Source: Mobula hypostoma
Taxonomy: Eukaryota
Assembly (NCBI RefSeq): GCF_963921235.1
Contig: NC_086097.1
Location: 122,576,001 to 122,640,000, forward strand
Length of the DNA stretch: 64,000 nt
Reading direction: 5' to 3'
Shown piece after piece: positions 52,980-64,000 of the stretch. The stretch's first letter is position 1. Each line of letters begins with the position of its first letter. The notes beneath the pieces are model-generated. The model worked only from the letters and a program-made list of their open reading frames with translations. It had not been told where the DNA came from and searched no databases. The position numbers were made by a program, and so were the translations under genes.

Positions 52980-54560
52980 AAGACAACAACTCTATTTTTT
53001 TACACCTCTCCTAAATCTACCTGCATACCTGTTCCTCAATGTTCCAATGGCTATTGGTGGGGGGGAGGAGGGTGTCAGTAGTATAATCCCATCAGAGTGA
53101 TAGCATCCTTCCCATTTTTAAGTTCTACTCATATAGACTCAATGGACGAACCTTCTATTATGAGTGCGGCTGTGATATTGTCCCTGATTAGTAGTGCAAT
53201 TTCCCCTCCCCCCCTTTAACCTCCTCCTCTAACTTTCCTAAAACATCAACACCTTAGGTCATTAAGAATCCATTCCTGTCCCTCTATCAATCAGTTCTCT
53301 GTAATGGCCACAAAATCATAGGTCCGTGTACTGATCCATCCTTTAGGTTCATCAATCTTCCCCATAATACTCTGAGTATTAAAATGCACACACTTCAAAC
53401 TATCCATATTATCTTATCTATTACTTTGCTCCCGCCTGTTTTTACTGGCCTGATGTCTACCTTTCACTGCTTCCTTCCACTTTCTTACCTGGTGCTGTGG
53501 TTCCCCCCCCCACCCCCCGAATAAACTAGTTTAAACCCTCCCAGGTTCTGGAACCTCCCAGCCAGGATATTGGTACCCCTCCATTTTATTTGCAACCCAT
53601 GCCTCTTGTACAGGACAAACTTTCCCCAGAAGAGGATTCAGTGAACCAATAACCTGAAACCCTGCCCCCTGCACCAGTTCCTCAGCCACTCATTCATCTG
53701 CACTATCATCCTATTCCTGCCCTGACTAGCACATTGCACCGGGAATAATGAAGAGATTACTCCTTTGAAGACCCTACTCTTCAGCTTCTTTCCTAATCCC
53801 TATGTTGTCTGTGAATGGCCTCTTCCCCCTTTCTACCTACGTCATTGGTGCCAATGTGCACCATGACCTGTGGTTGCTCACCCTCCCACTTGAGTATAAT
53901 CTGTAGCAGCTCTGAGACATCCTGAACCCAGCACCTGTGCTGTGAGCACACATCATCCTGGCGTCTCTTTCTTGGCCACGGAATCTCCTGTCTGTTCCCC
54001 TGACAGTCGAGTCTCTTATCACTAGCACTCTGCCTGACGTTACTCATCCTTGCCTAGAGTCTCAGAGCTGGTGACGTTGCCACTGGCCTAGCTGGTGCTG
54101 CTGTGCCCTGATAGAAGATCCTCTTCAACAGTGTCAAAAGGTAAACACTTGTTGCTGAAGGGAGTAGCTACAGGGGAACTCTGCACTAACTGCTTTCGCC
54201 CCTTACTTCTCCTGGTTGTCACCCATCTCCTATCTGAACCAGCACTCTGGGTGTGATCACCTCAATACAAGTTTCTGCCTCCCAGATGGTTCTGAGTGCA
54301 TCCAGCTCCAGCTCTAGTTTCTTGACCTTCTCCGTCAAGAGCTGAATTTGGGTGTACTTACTGCAGTTGTGGTCATCAGGGAGACTGTTAGGTACCCTGA
54401 GATCCCACATATCACAGGAGGGGCATTGTACCCACCTTAGCCACCCTGTCTACACTGAACTAAGGATTTACAGACAAAAAAAAAGCTTACCAGTTCTCAC
54501 CTGGACCTTCTCTCAGAAACCTCTGAGCTTTTCACTTACCTAGATCAATTAATCAGCCTC
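52980..54560 (-). mobile_element. CR1 5' region (ORF1 coiled coil and esterase, start of APE)
   Basis: MWDLR...CSKYTQIQLLTEKVKKLELELDAL; VIRDSTVRG; PQVMVHIGTNDVG. Confidence 0.85.
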
Positions 54561-55611
54561 TTCTCACCAAACTTGTTATACCTTTAACTTCAACTTCTCA
54601 AGCCCAAAACCCATAATTAAAGCAAATGATAACAAATGACTTAGTTTCCACCTGTTCTCACCAAAGCCTGACCAGTCTAACACTGGCAACTCTAACAATA
54701 GCTGCTCCCACAATGGCCATGTTCCTTACATCTCTCTTCTTTATTTAGGCTCAAATATTATTCACTCCTGAGAAGACTTGTTCCTTTCATTTCAAATTGC
54801 TCCCAACCTGCAATGACGTCACTCTCTCCCTTACTATTTCGAAGAGATGGTGAAAATTCTCAACCGTTCGTCATCAAGGACCCCCACCATCCAGGGCATT
54901 CTCTCTTCTCATTGCTGCCATCAGGAAGGAGGTAGAAGAGCCTCAAATCCCACACCACCAGGTTATGGGCAGCCAGACAGGTCACTCTGCAAACCCCACC
55001 CCTCCAATATGCTTCTGAAATGTGGATTAACTACAACAGGGACCCCAAAGCATCAGAGGGATGCAACCAACACCGTCTAATAAATCATCTAAATTCTCTG
55101 GATAACCTCTCAAAGACCAATATCCACAGAATCAAGGCTCTACTTATGCTCCACATTTTTTTTTGTATTTTTGACATCAGATTCCAGATTCAGGTTCTTT
55201 ACTTGAATTTATCTAGAGCTGTTTATGGCACGAGATATTCATTTTGGACATAACAGCTAGTGTTTTTCTCTTAAAGTACCACACAACTTACTATATACTG
55301 TGTACACAATGCACTTACTTGATTTATGTTACAGAAGGTTATAGTCATGAATATTTTTTATATTCCTTAACGGGCTGAAGATGGTATTGTTCATTTCTAA
55401 TTCCCCCTGAAGTGCGTGGCAGAGGGATGCAAAATGACGAGATATCACCCAGTTATTGAGCGTAACCACAGAGATAAAGCATGAGTGAATAGGTCAAATT
55501 ACATAGCAGATTCTTCTTTATTAGTGAGTCAAGTGGGATTTTTGAAACAATCATTTAGTTTCAAGTTCAACATTACAGATATGCTTCTCATTCTGCAAAT
55601 ATTTAGGTACT

Positions 55612-56550
55612 TAATAGACAATAGACAATAGACAATAGGTGCAGAAGTAGGCCATTCAGCCCTTTGAGCCAGCACCGCCATTCACTGTGATCATGGCTGA
55701 TCATCCACCATCAGTATCCAGTTCCTGCCTTATCCCCATAACCTTTGATTCCGCTATCTTTAAGAGCTCTATCCATCTCTTTCTTGAAAGCATCCCGAGA
55801 CTTGGCCTCCACAGCCTTCTGGGGCAGAGCATTCCAGACATCCACCACTCTCTGGGTGAAAAAGTTATTCCTCAACTCCATTCTGAATGGCCTACCCCTT
55901 ATTCTTAGACTGTGGCCTCTGGTTCTGGACTCACCCATCAGCGGGAACATGCTTCCTGCCTCCAGCGTGTCCAATCCCTTAATAATCCTATATGTTTCAA
56001 TAAGTCCCCTCTCAGCCTTCTAAATTCCAGAGTATACAAGCCCAGACGCTCCAATCTTTCGAAATATGACAGCCCCGCCATCCCGGGAATTAACCTTGTG
56101 AACCTACGCTGCACTCCCTCAATAGCAAGAATGTCCTTCCTCAAATTTGGAGACCAAAACTGCACACAGTACTCCAGGTGTGGTCTCACCAGGGTCCTGT
56201 ACAGCTGCAGAAAGACCTCTTTGCTCTTATACTCAATTCCCCTTGTTATGAAGGCCAGCATGCCATTAGCTTTCTTCACTGCCTGCTGTACTTGCATGCT
56301 TGCTTTCAGTGACTGACGTACAAGAACACCTAGATCTCGTTGTACTTCCCCTTTTCCTAACTGGACTCCATTTAGATAATAATCTGCCTTCCTGTTCTTA
56401 CCACCAAAGTGGATAACCTCACATTTATCCACATTAAACTGCATCTGTCCACTCACCCAGCCTGTCCAAGTCGCCCTGCATTCTCATAACATCCTCCTCA
56501 TATTTCACACTGCCTCCCAGCTTTTGTCATCGGCAAATTTGCTAATGTGC
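55612..56550 (-). mobile_element. Fairly young CR1 3' fragment
   Basis: ORFs 55938-56456 and 55711-55974; (caataga)n tail. Confidence 0.9.
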
Positions 56551-56679
56551 AAATTTGGAAATTAAATTTCCAACTTCATGATTCCAAATCTATAATCCAG
56601 ATCTCCAAGTACAAGCCCAGTAACATAAGCATTGTGGCCATTGAAGTTTCCTTTAACCAGCAAGATCCTCACTGAATTA

Positions 56680-58020
56680 AAATGGGTTGCAAGGACAAGC
56701 CAGGAATCTACAGGTCAGTGAGGTTAACATCCTCAGGTAGGAGAGTTACCTACATTTGGAAGAAGTTTTGAGAGACTGGATCTATCTATATTTGGAAAGG
56801 CAACTGATTGGGGCAGTCAGTGTAATCATGAATTTGACTGTTTTTTTAAAAAAAGAGATGACCAAGAACATTCATGAGAGCAGGGTGGTAGATATGTGCT
56901 ATATGAAGTTTAGCAAGGCCTTTGACAAGGTCAGGCATCGCATGTTGGGATTCAGGGTGACTGAGCCAATTGGATATAAGTTGGCTTGAGGGAACAAGGC
57001 CGTGGGTAGTAGTGGGAGTTGTTTTTCAGATTGGAAGCCTGTGAACAGTGGTGTGCTGTATGGATTAGTGCTGGGTCACCTGTTTTTTGTCATATATAAT
57101 CAAGAATTTGGATGAGAAATCAGACGGCATGATTACTAGGTTTGCAGAGGACACAAAATTTGTGGTGTGGATGAACAATGAAGAAGGTTGTCTGAGGTCT
57201 AAAGCAACTGGTAAGGTGAACCAAGGAATGGCAAATGTAATTCAATAGAGGCAAGTGCAAAGTGATGCATTTTGGGAGTTAAAGCAGGGTAGGACATACA
57301 CAGTAAACGGCAGGGCCCTGGGTAGTGTTGTAAAGCAGGGAGACGTAAGGTCACAATTACATACAGTAGTTGTCTAAAGGCAGTCAGACAAGTCGACAAG
57401 ATGGTGAAGAAGGTGTATTGTATGCCTGCCTTCATCAGACGGAGCATTGTACTGGTATACCACGTTACACCTGAACATAACTGCAGTGGGACAGCACCTG
57501 GAATATTGCGTGCAGCTCTGGTCACCGTACAACAGGAAGATGTGATTAAAGTAGAAAATGTGCAGAAAAAAAAAATCACAAAGATGTTTCTGTTTTCAGA
57601 GACTGAACAGGCTGGCATTGTTTACCCTGAGTAAAAGATGGTTTATTTGGGGTTAAAACATGAGGGGCATAGATAAATTAACTAATATTCTGACAATTTC
57701 AATAATATTAATGATTGTACCAATCTTTTTTGTCCAGAATAGGACAATTAAATTAGAGGCATAGGCCTAAATTGGAAGGCAAACATTTTAAAATGAAGAT
57801 TTTTACACGGAGGGTGGCAAGTATATCAGATAAATTACCTAAAGAATTATGTAAGTTGGAACATTTCACAGTCATTTTGACAGTTTCATGGATAAGAAAG
57901 GTTTAGAAGAATATAGGCCAAATGCAAGCAAATAGAATAGCTGAAGTAGTTACTTGGTTGCACAGATGGTCTGGGTCGAAGAGCCTGAGTCTATGCCGTG
58001 TAACCCAATGACTGCATGAC
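56680..58020 (+). mobile_element. Old CR1 RT fragment
   Basis: YMKFSKAFDKV motif and decayed downstream RT. Confidence 0.75.
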
Positions 58021-58250
58021 AATATGAGTTGATAACTATCATTATTATGTCTTAATAACAAATACTATTGTCAAATGTGAGCATATTAGTTGAATAGGCA
58101 GACAGCAAAAGGTCAGAATTTGGAATTTATAAGATTAAAAAGCGAACTCTGCTGAAGTCAAATAACTTTTTACATTATGAAACCATTACTGATGACAGAA
58201 TCTTATTTGAGATTCTCATAAACTCCTACATGGCTGGATACAAAAATTTA

Positions 58251-58714
58251 CTGTGCTGTGCAAAAGTCTTATGTATAGAGTGAGTTTGTAAATCTGGCAT
58301 GTTGGGAATGATGAGAACTGCGGGAGGGGTATGGGACAGGTGGCAGAGAAGGAATACCAGGGGCTGGGCATGGCGCAAGTGCAGACACCAGGCCCTGGGA
58401 CACCAGGCAAGGTCATTTAATTACAAGTAATTGGTTTATTGATTATTAAAGAATGTCTCTCTGGTGGTTCCCACTCCCTCACCTCTCCATTCCCCTTCTC
58501 CCAACCATGATTTCCTTCTCCCTGCCCTCTTCCCACTCTAAGTCCACAACAGAGACCCATATCAGAATCAGGTTTATCATCACTCACTTACGTCATGAAA
58601 TTTGTTATTTTCTTGTGGCAGCAGTATAACACAATATATATTACTACAGTTCTATGCAAAACTCTTAGGCATTCTTCGCAATATATCAGTGCCTAAGGCT
58701 TTTGCACAGTACTG
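58251..58714. mobile_element. Tc1-type MITE (family B) with captured sequence and terminal double TIR
   Basis: TA-c(t)gtgctgtgcaaaagtctta at the left; cagttctatgcaaaactcttaggca...tgcctaaggcttttgcacagtactg-TA at the right. Confidence 0.7.
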
Positions 58715-58735
58715 TAGGCCTTCCAATATTGTATA

Positions 58736-59000
58736 CACTCAGTGGCCACTTTATAAGGTACACCTGTACACCTGTTTGTTAATGTAAATATCTAATCAGC
58801 CAATCACACGGCAGCAACTCAATGCATAAAAGCAAGTAGACATGGTCAAGAGGTTCAGTTGTTGTTCACATTAAACCATCAGAGTGGGGAAGAAATGTGA
58901 TCTAAGTGGCTCTGACTGTGGAATGATTGTTGGTGCCAGACGAGGTGGTTTGAGTATCTCAGAAACAGCTGATCTCCTGGCATTTTCATGCACAATAGTC
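58736..59000 (+). mobile_element. Tc1-derived element family A, truncated
   Basis: TA-cactcagtggccactttataaggtacacc plus the transposase start. Confidence 0.8.
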
Positions 59001-59004
59001 CCTT

Positions 59005-59345
59005 TTCAATCTCTTGCCTTATCTCCTTGCCTGCCCATCTCCTCCCTTTGGTGCTGATCTCCCTTTTCATTCTTCCATGGCCTTCTGTCCTTTCCTATTA
59101 GATTCCCCCTTCTCCAGCCCTGTATCTCTTACCCCTACCAACTTCCCAGCTCTTTACTTCACCCCCTCCTCCGCATTTCACCTATCATCTTGTGTTTCTT
59201 CCTCCCCTCCCCCCACCTTTTAACTCTACTCCTCATCTCTTTTCTCCAGTCCTGCTGAAGGGTCTCAGCCTGAAACATCGACTGTACTCTTTTCCATATA
59301 TGCTGCTTGGCCTGTTGAGTTTCTCCAGCATTTTGTGCGCAATTG
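59005..59345 (+). mobile_element. Penelope-like pLTR with hammerhead motif (59247-59284)
   Basis: cagtc-ctgctga-agggtctcagcct-gaaac-atc-gactg. Confidence 0.8.
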
Positions 59346-60503
59346 CTTCCCTCAGAATGACTGCCAACAGTTACTGGATAGCAAAGCCTTAGCCCTTGTA
59401 AAGCAATGAACATCCTTTAACAAATTAGTATTTTATACACCAGTGAACAGTTTCAAAATTACACTGGTATGTCAAGTGAGTGGAAGTTCCCAACGGTGGG
59501 AGATTCTAGGACCAGAGGGCATAGTCCCAGAGTACTAAGATTTAAGTTTAAAACAAAGATGGAGGAGGAATTTCTTTAGCCGGTGTGTGTTGAATATGTG
59601 GAAATCATTGCAACCAATACCTATGGAAGCCAAGTTACTGGGTATATTTAAAGCAGGGGATGATAGGTTTTTGATTAGTAAGGGTGTCAACGGTTACAGA
59701 GAGAAGGCAGGATAATAGGGTTCAAATTGAAAATAAAAATTGATTATAAATTGGCCATGGTTAAATACTGGAACAGACTCAATGGGCCAAATGGCATTAT
59801 TCTGCTCCTGTGCCTTATGGTCTTATGGTCTTGATATGACACCCATTGCAATAATTATCCTTCTTGTGGTCAGTCAGAGGCTACTATTTAACCACATTTA
59901 ATCTAAAATGGCTCAGTTGAGGTCACTCCAGAGTAGACCATCAATTTGTTTCACCAGGCCTTTTCTTAATGCATTAAATAGAGTCAATTTAAATGATAAT
60001 GCAAAACCGCAAGATTGATTAACGGGACAACGATAATGAGAAAGTCAACTTTGAAATACGCAGGGGAAAATTCTGCAATTTGGAATGCCGGACACGGCAG
60101 ATGTTGGTAGACTGGTGCCAACACTCCCATGATAATATTGGCAAGTGATATTGATATATTTTATAAAGCACATCAGAAATGCAATTTTGCAAAGGCGAGT
60201 GGACTGAACAGATGTCACAAGCAAAGCTCTTGAAAAGCATTGCACTTTAAAATAGGGAGACGGTCATTGGCAGACATGAGTCGAGGAAGCATTGGTCTTA
60301 ATGTCTGCTTCTACTTCTGATTGTAATAATTATTTTGAATCTCTAATTTAAAGGTAAAGAAAAGCAAATTAAATTATATTTACCACTCACCATTACAAAG
60401 GTGTATTTCATTAACAAAGTGTTTTCATTATGTAATCCAAGCGTTAAAATAAAATTGTGAAAATAGCTTAATTGACAACCTATTTCCCACAACCCTAGTT
60501 ACA

Positions 60504-61067
60504 CACCCAGTGGCCACTTTGTCAGGCACACCTGTACACCGGCTTGTCAAAGCAAATATCTAAGCAGCCAATCAAGTAGCAGCAACTCAATGCATAAAAG
60601 CATGCAGACATGGTCAAGAGGTTCACTTGTTGTTCAGACCAAACATCAGAATGGGGAACAAATGTGATCTAGATTACCTTGACCATGGATGATATTTGGT
60701 GCTAAACAGGGTGATTTGAATATCTTAGAAAATGCTGATCTTCTGTGATTTTCATGAACCAATGTCTCTGGAGTTCACAGAGAATGTTGCAAGAAACTAA
60801 AAACATCCAGTGAGAGGCAGTCCTGTGAGCAAAAATGTTTTGTTAATGAGAGAGGTCAGAGGATAATGGCCAGAATGGTTCAAGCTGACAGGTAAGCTAC
60901 AGTAACTCAGATAATCACATGTTCCAACAATGGTGTGCAGAAGAGCATCTCTGAATGCATAACACATCAAACCTGAAGTGAATGGGCTACAGCAGCAGAA
61001 GACCAGAAGCATACACTCTGTGGCCACTTTATTAGGTATAAAAATACCTAAAAGTGGCCACAGAATG
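60504..61067 (+). mobile_element. Tc1-derived element family A, complete
   Basis: TIR; body encoding a decayed MGNKCDL...RIMARMVQADR...GVQKSISE; terminal double TIR at 61014-61067. Confidence 0.85.
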
Positions 61068-63414
61068 AATATTTTCAATGGTTCTATAGGTACAAGCACC
61101 GAAATTTAACATGCAGAACATACATACAGAATCCGTTTAATTTGAATCTAAATAAAATCAAAAGTAAGTGAATAAGTAAATCAAAATTAAATGAGTTATT
61201 TACAAATTGATAAGAGACATAGATTGAGTGAATAGCCAGAGACATTTTCCCAGGGTGGAAAAGGCCAGTACGAGGGGACACAATTTTCAGGTGATTGGAG
61301 GGGAGTACGGGGGGGGGGGATGTATTGATAATAGGAAAATTGAGGGTTATGTAGGAAGGAAAGTTTAGACTAGTTAAAAGGTCAGCACAACTTTGTGGAG
61401 TACAGTGCCTTTACTGTGCTGTAATGTTCTATGTTCTATCCATGATTTGCAGAATTTATCCAAACTCTTTCTGAAAGTGAAAATTTTATTATTCACAACT
61501 CCATCCTTTTCATCATCTGAATAGTACTAAAAGGGTGTCAAAAACGATTTTCAACAATAGCTTACTCCTACTAAATCTATCCTCAATCTTTTTTGTATTC
61601 CCAAACCAAGCATTGTGCATCAATATTTCAGTATTATTAGTTAAAATGAAAATGTACTGTCATCCCCAGGGTGAAGGGCTTGTAAAGTGCTGTAGTGTTC
61701 TGTGTTCTATGTTCGAAGCCATACACACTTCCTCCCGTACCCTATCCTCCGCTCCCTACACTATTCCTTCTCACATATAACTTTTCTTTTGGGTTTTCCC
61801 TATATTCGTCCACCCTGGCTTTTTCTTTTTGCTATTGTACGATGATAACTTCCTGTTGTTTGTGTCTCTTCACTGTGGTGTAGTCATCATTCAGCTTCTC
61901 CCTCAGTGACAGAGCTATGCAGTATAGAAACAGGTTTTTCTGCCCTTCACAAAGCATAATTGTCATGCCTACCTACACTAGTTCCATTTGCCTGCACTAA
62001 TCCCATATCCTCTTATGCCTTGATCTTTCCAGATGCTTTTTAATGTTGTCACTGTTCCTGCCTCCATGGCCTCTGGCTGCTCATCCCAGATACCAGGGAA
62101 AAAAATACTCATTTCATCCACACTCAACTTCCTCCATATCTCTTTCAACCAATGCCGCCTGGCTTTAGACATTGGCTTTGCGGTGAACTGAGGATGTGGC
62201 CTGCACCAGATGCAGTGATGCTTGGGTCCGTGTCTTCTTAAAACTTCAGTTTTGAAGGTAACTGCTTGCTGTTACTCTTTGCACGATTTGCTTTTTTTCC
62301 TGTGCATTGGCTGGATGACAGTCTTCTTTTTAATAGGTTCTTTTGAGGTTTCTTTGTTTTGTGGCTGCCTGTAAAGAGACGAATCTCAAGGTTGTATAAT
62401 GTATGCACACTTTGATAATAAATGTACTTTGAATTTTGAACTTCCTTACCATAGGAAACAGACTTTGACACTCCACACTCCATTTGCTTCTCCTAACTTT
62501 ATATTCCCCTGTTATATCACCCTTCTGCTTTATATTTATTTTCTTTGCAGAGCTTTGCCAGGAATATCTGCCCATTAGCAGCTCTCTACTCCTGAATCCT
62601 GGACCCCACCTTTGCTCTAAACTGTGTGTTAAAGATACTTTCCTGCGTCCCCCCACCCCCCCCCCCAACCCCGCTCCATGCTTGCCTCCCTTCAGCTATT
62701 GTGTTTTCTAAAAATTGAAAATTGGAAAGTCAGGCTGACTGGGCTTAAACCTTTGTAGGCCTGGATCTCATCCTACTTAAATAGTCATCTTACCTCATGA
62801 AAGTAGCACTTGGTCCCACACCCTGGTTATATCATGTGGGTGGGCTGAAAGTGACATGGATTTGGATTTGAGACTATTTTTAATTTAACCATTGCCACCC
62901 CAATTTTTAAGGGTGAAAGAGACACAGCATATCCAATCTTCTTTTATAATTCAAGCCTTTCAATCTGGGCATCATCATTGGGATTCTCTTCTGAACCCTC
63001 GTGAGCTTAATCCGAAACCTTCCTAAGTATGACAACCAGAACTGCGCCCAATATTCCATATGCAGCCTGAACAATGTCCCACATTTTACATTTAATGCAT
63101 TACAAATAAAAGCAAGCATGTCATATGCCTTCTTCACCACCACTCTTCCCATGTTGCTGCTTTCAGGGAACTATGTACTCGTACGTCAAGGTGCATCAAA
63201 TTCCCCATGTCACTGCCATTTCTGGTCTAGGTCAACTTCCCAAAATGCATCTTCTCACACTTGTCTGAGTTAAATTCCACCTGCCATTCCCTTGCCAACT
63301 TTCCCAGTTGCTTTAGATCCATTTGTAAACTCAGACAACTATCTTGTTTTGTCTACTATACCATTAGTTTGGGTGTCATCTCCAAACTTACTAATCATAT
63401 TCTCACATGTTCTC

Positions 63415-63960
63415 AGCCATAAGACCATCAGACCTAAGAGCAGAATTAGGCTGTTCGGCCCATTGAGTCTGCTCCGCCAATCCATCATGACTGATATCAG
63501 ATCCCACTCAACCCATACACCTGCCTTCTCGCCATAACTTTTGATGCCCTGACCAATCAGAAAACGATTAACTTCTGCCTTAAATATACGCACCGACTTG
63601 GCCTTCATCACAGTCTGTAGAAGGGCATTCCACAGATTTACTACTCCCTGGCTAAAAAAATTCCTCCTTACCTCTGTTCTAAATGGGTCGCCCCTCAATT
63701 TTGAGGCTATGCTCTCTAGTTCTGGATTCACCACCAAAGGAAATATCCACTCCACATCCACCCTGTCTATTCCTTTCAATATTTGGTCGGTTTCAATGAG
63801 ATCCCTCTGCATTATTCTAAATTCCAGTGAATACAGGCCCAAAGCTGCCAAATGTTAACCCCTTCATTCCCAGAACCATCCTTGTGAACCTCCTCTGGAC
63901 TCTCTCCAGTAACAACACATCCTTTCTGAGATATGGGGCCCAAGGCTGTTGACAATACTT
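63415..63960 (-). mobile_element. CR1 3' fragment nested in an older CR1 fragment (~62900-63410)
   Basis: ORF 63339-63851 LGLYSLEFR...FFSQGVVNLWNAL. Confidence 0.8.
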
Positions 63961-64000
63961 CAAGCAACACACACACAATGCTAGAGGAACTCAGCAGGGT

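Noticed and set aside
59990..60480. Unique-looking region as an exon or ncRNA
   Set aside because: No convincing frame, splice-site pair or fold; conservation cannot be assessed here.

Overview
Eukaryotic, repeat-dense non-coding DNA. The repeat spectrum (esterase-ORF1 CR1 LINEs, V-SINE/HE1-like SINEs, Rex1/Babar tails) points to a cartilaginous fish, which is an inference. No host protein-coding gene is supported; all long ORFs belong to transposable elements. Contents: many CR1 fragments (two young copies), one young Rex1/Babar-type RT fragment, Penelope-like element ends with decayed minimal type I hammerhead ribozymes, a decayed R4/Dong RLE retrotransposon in a TAA tract, two families of Tc1-derived elements with a TIR...TIR/inverted-TIR layout, and tRNA-SINEs. 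The main result is a young ~560 bp non-coding retroposon present twice (20675-21245 +, 50200-50755 -; ~96-97% identical by hand count; each with a TSD and an AAC-type tail). Its 5' end folds into a complete HDV-like double-pseudoknot ribozyme with an unusual extra hairpin in L3, and the predicted cleavage site coincides with the element's 5' end. Boundaries of old repeats are approximate.
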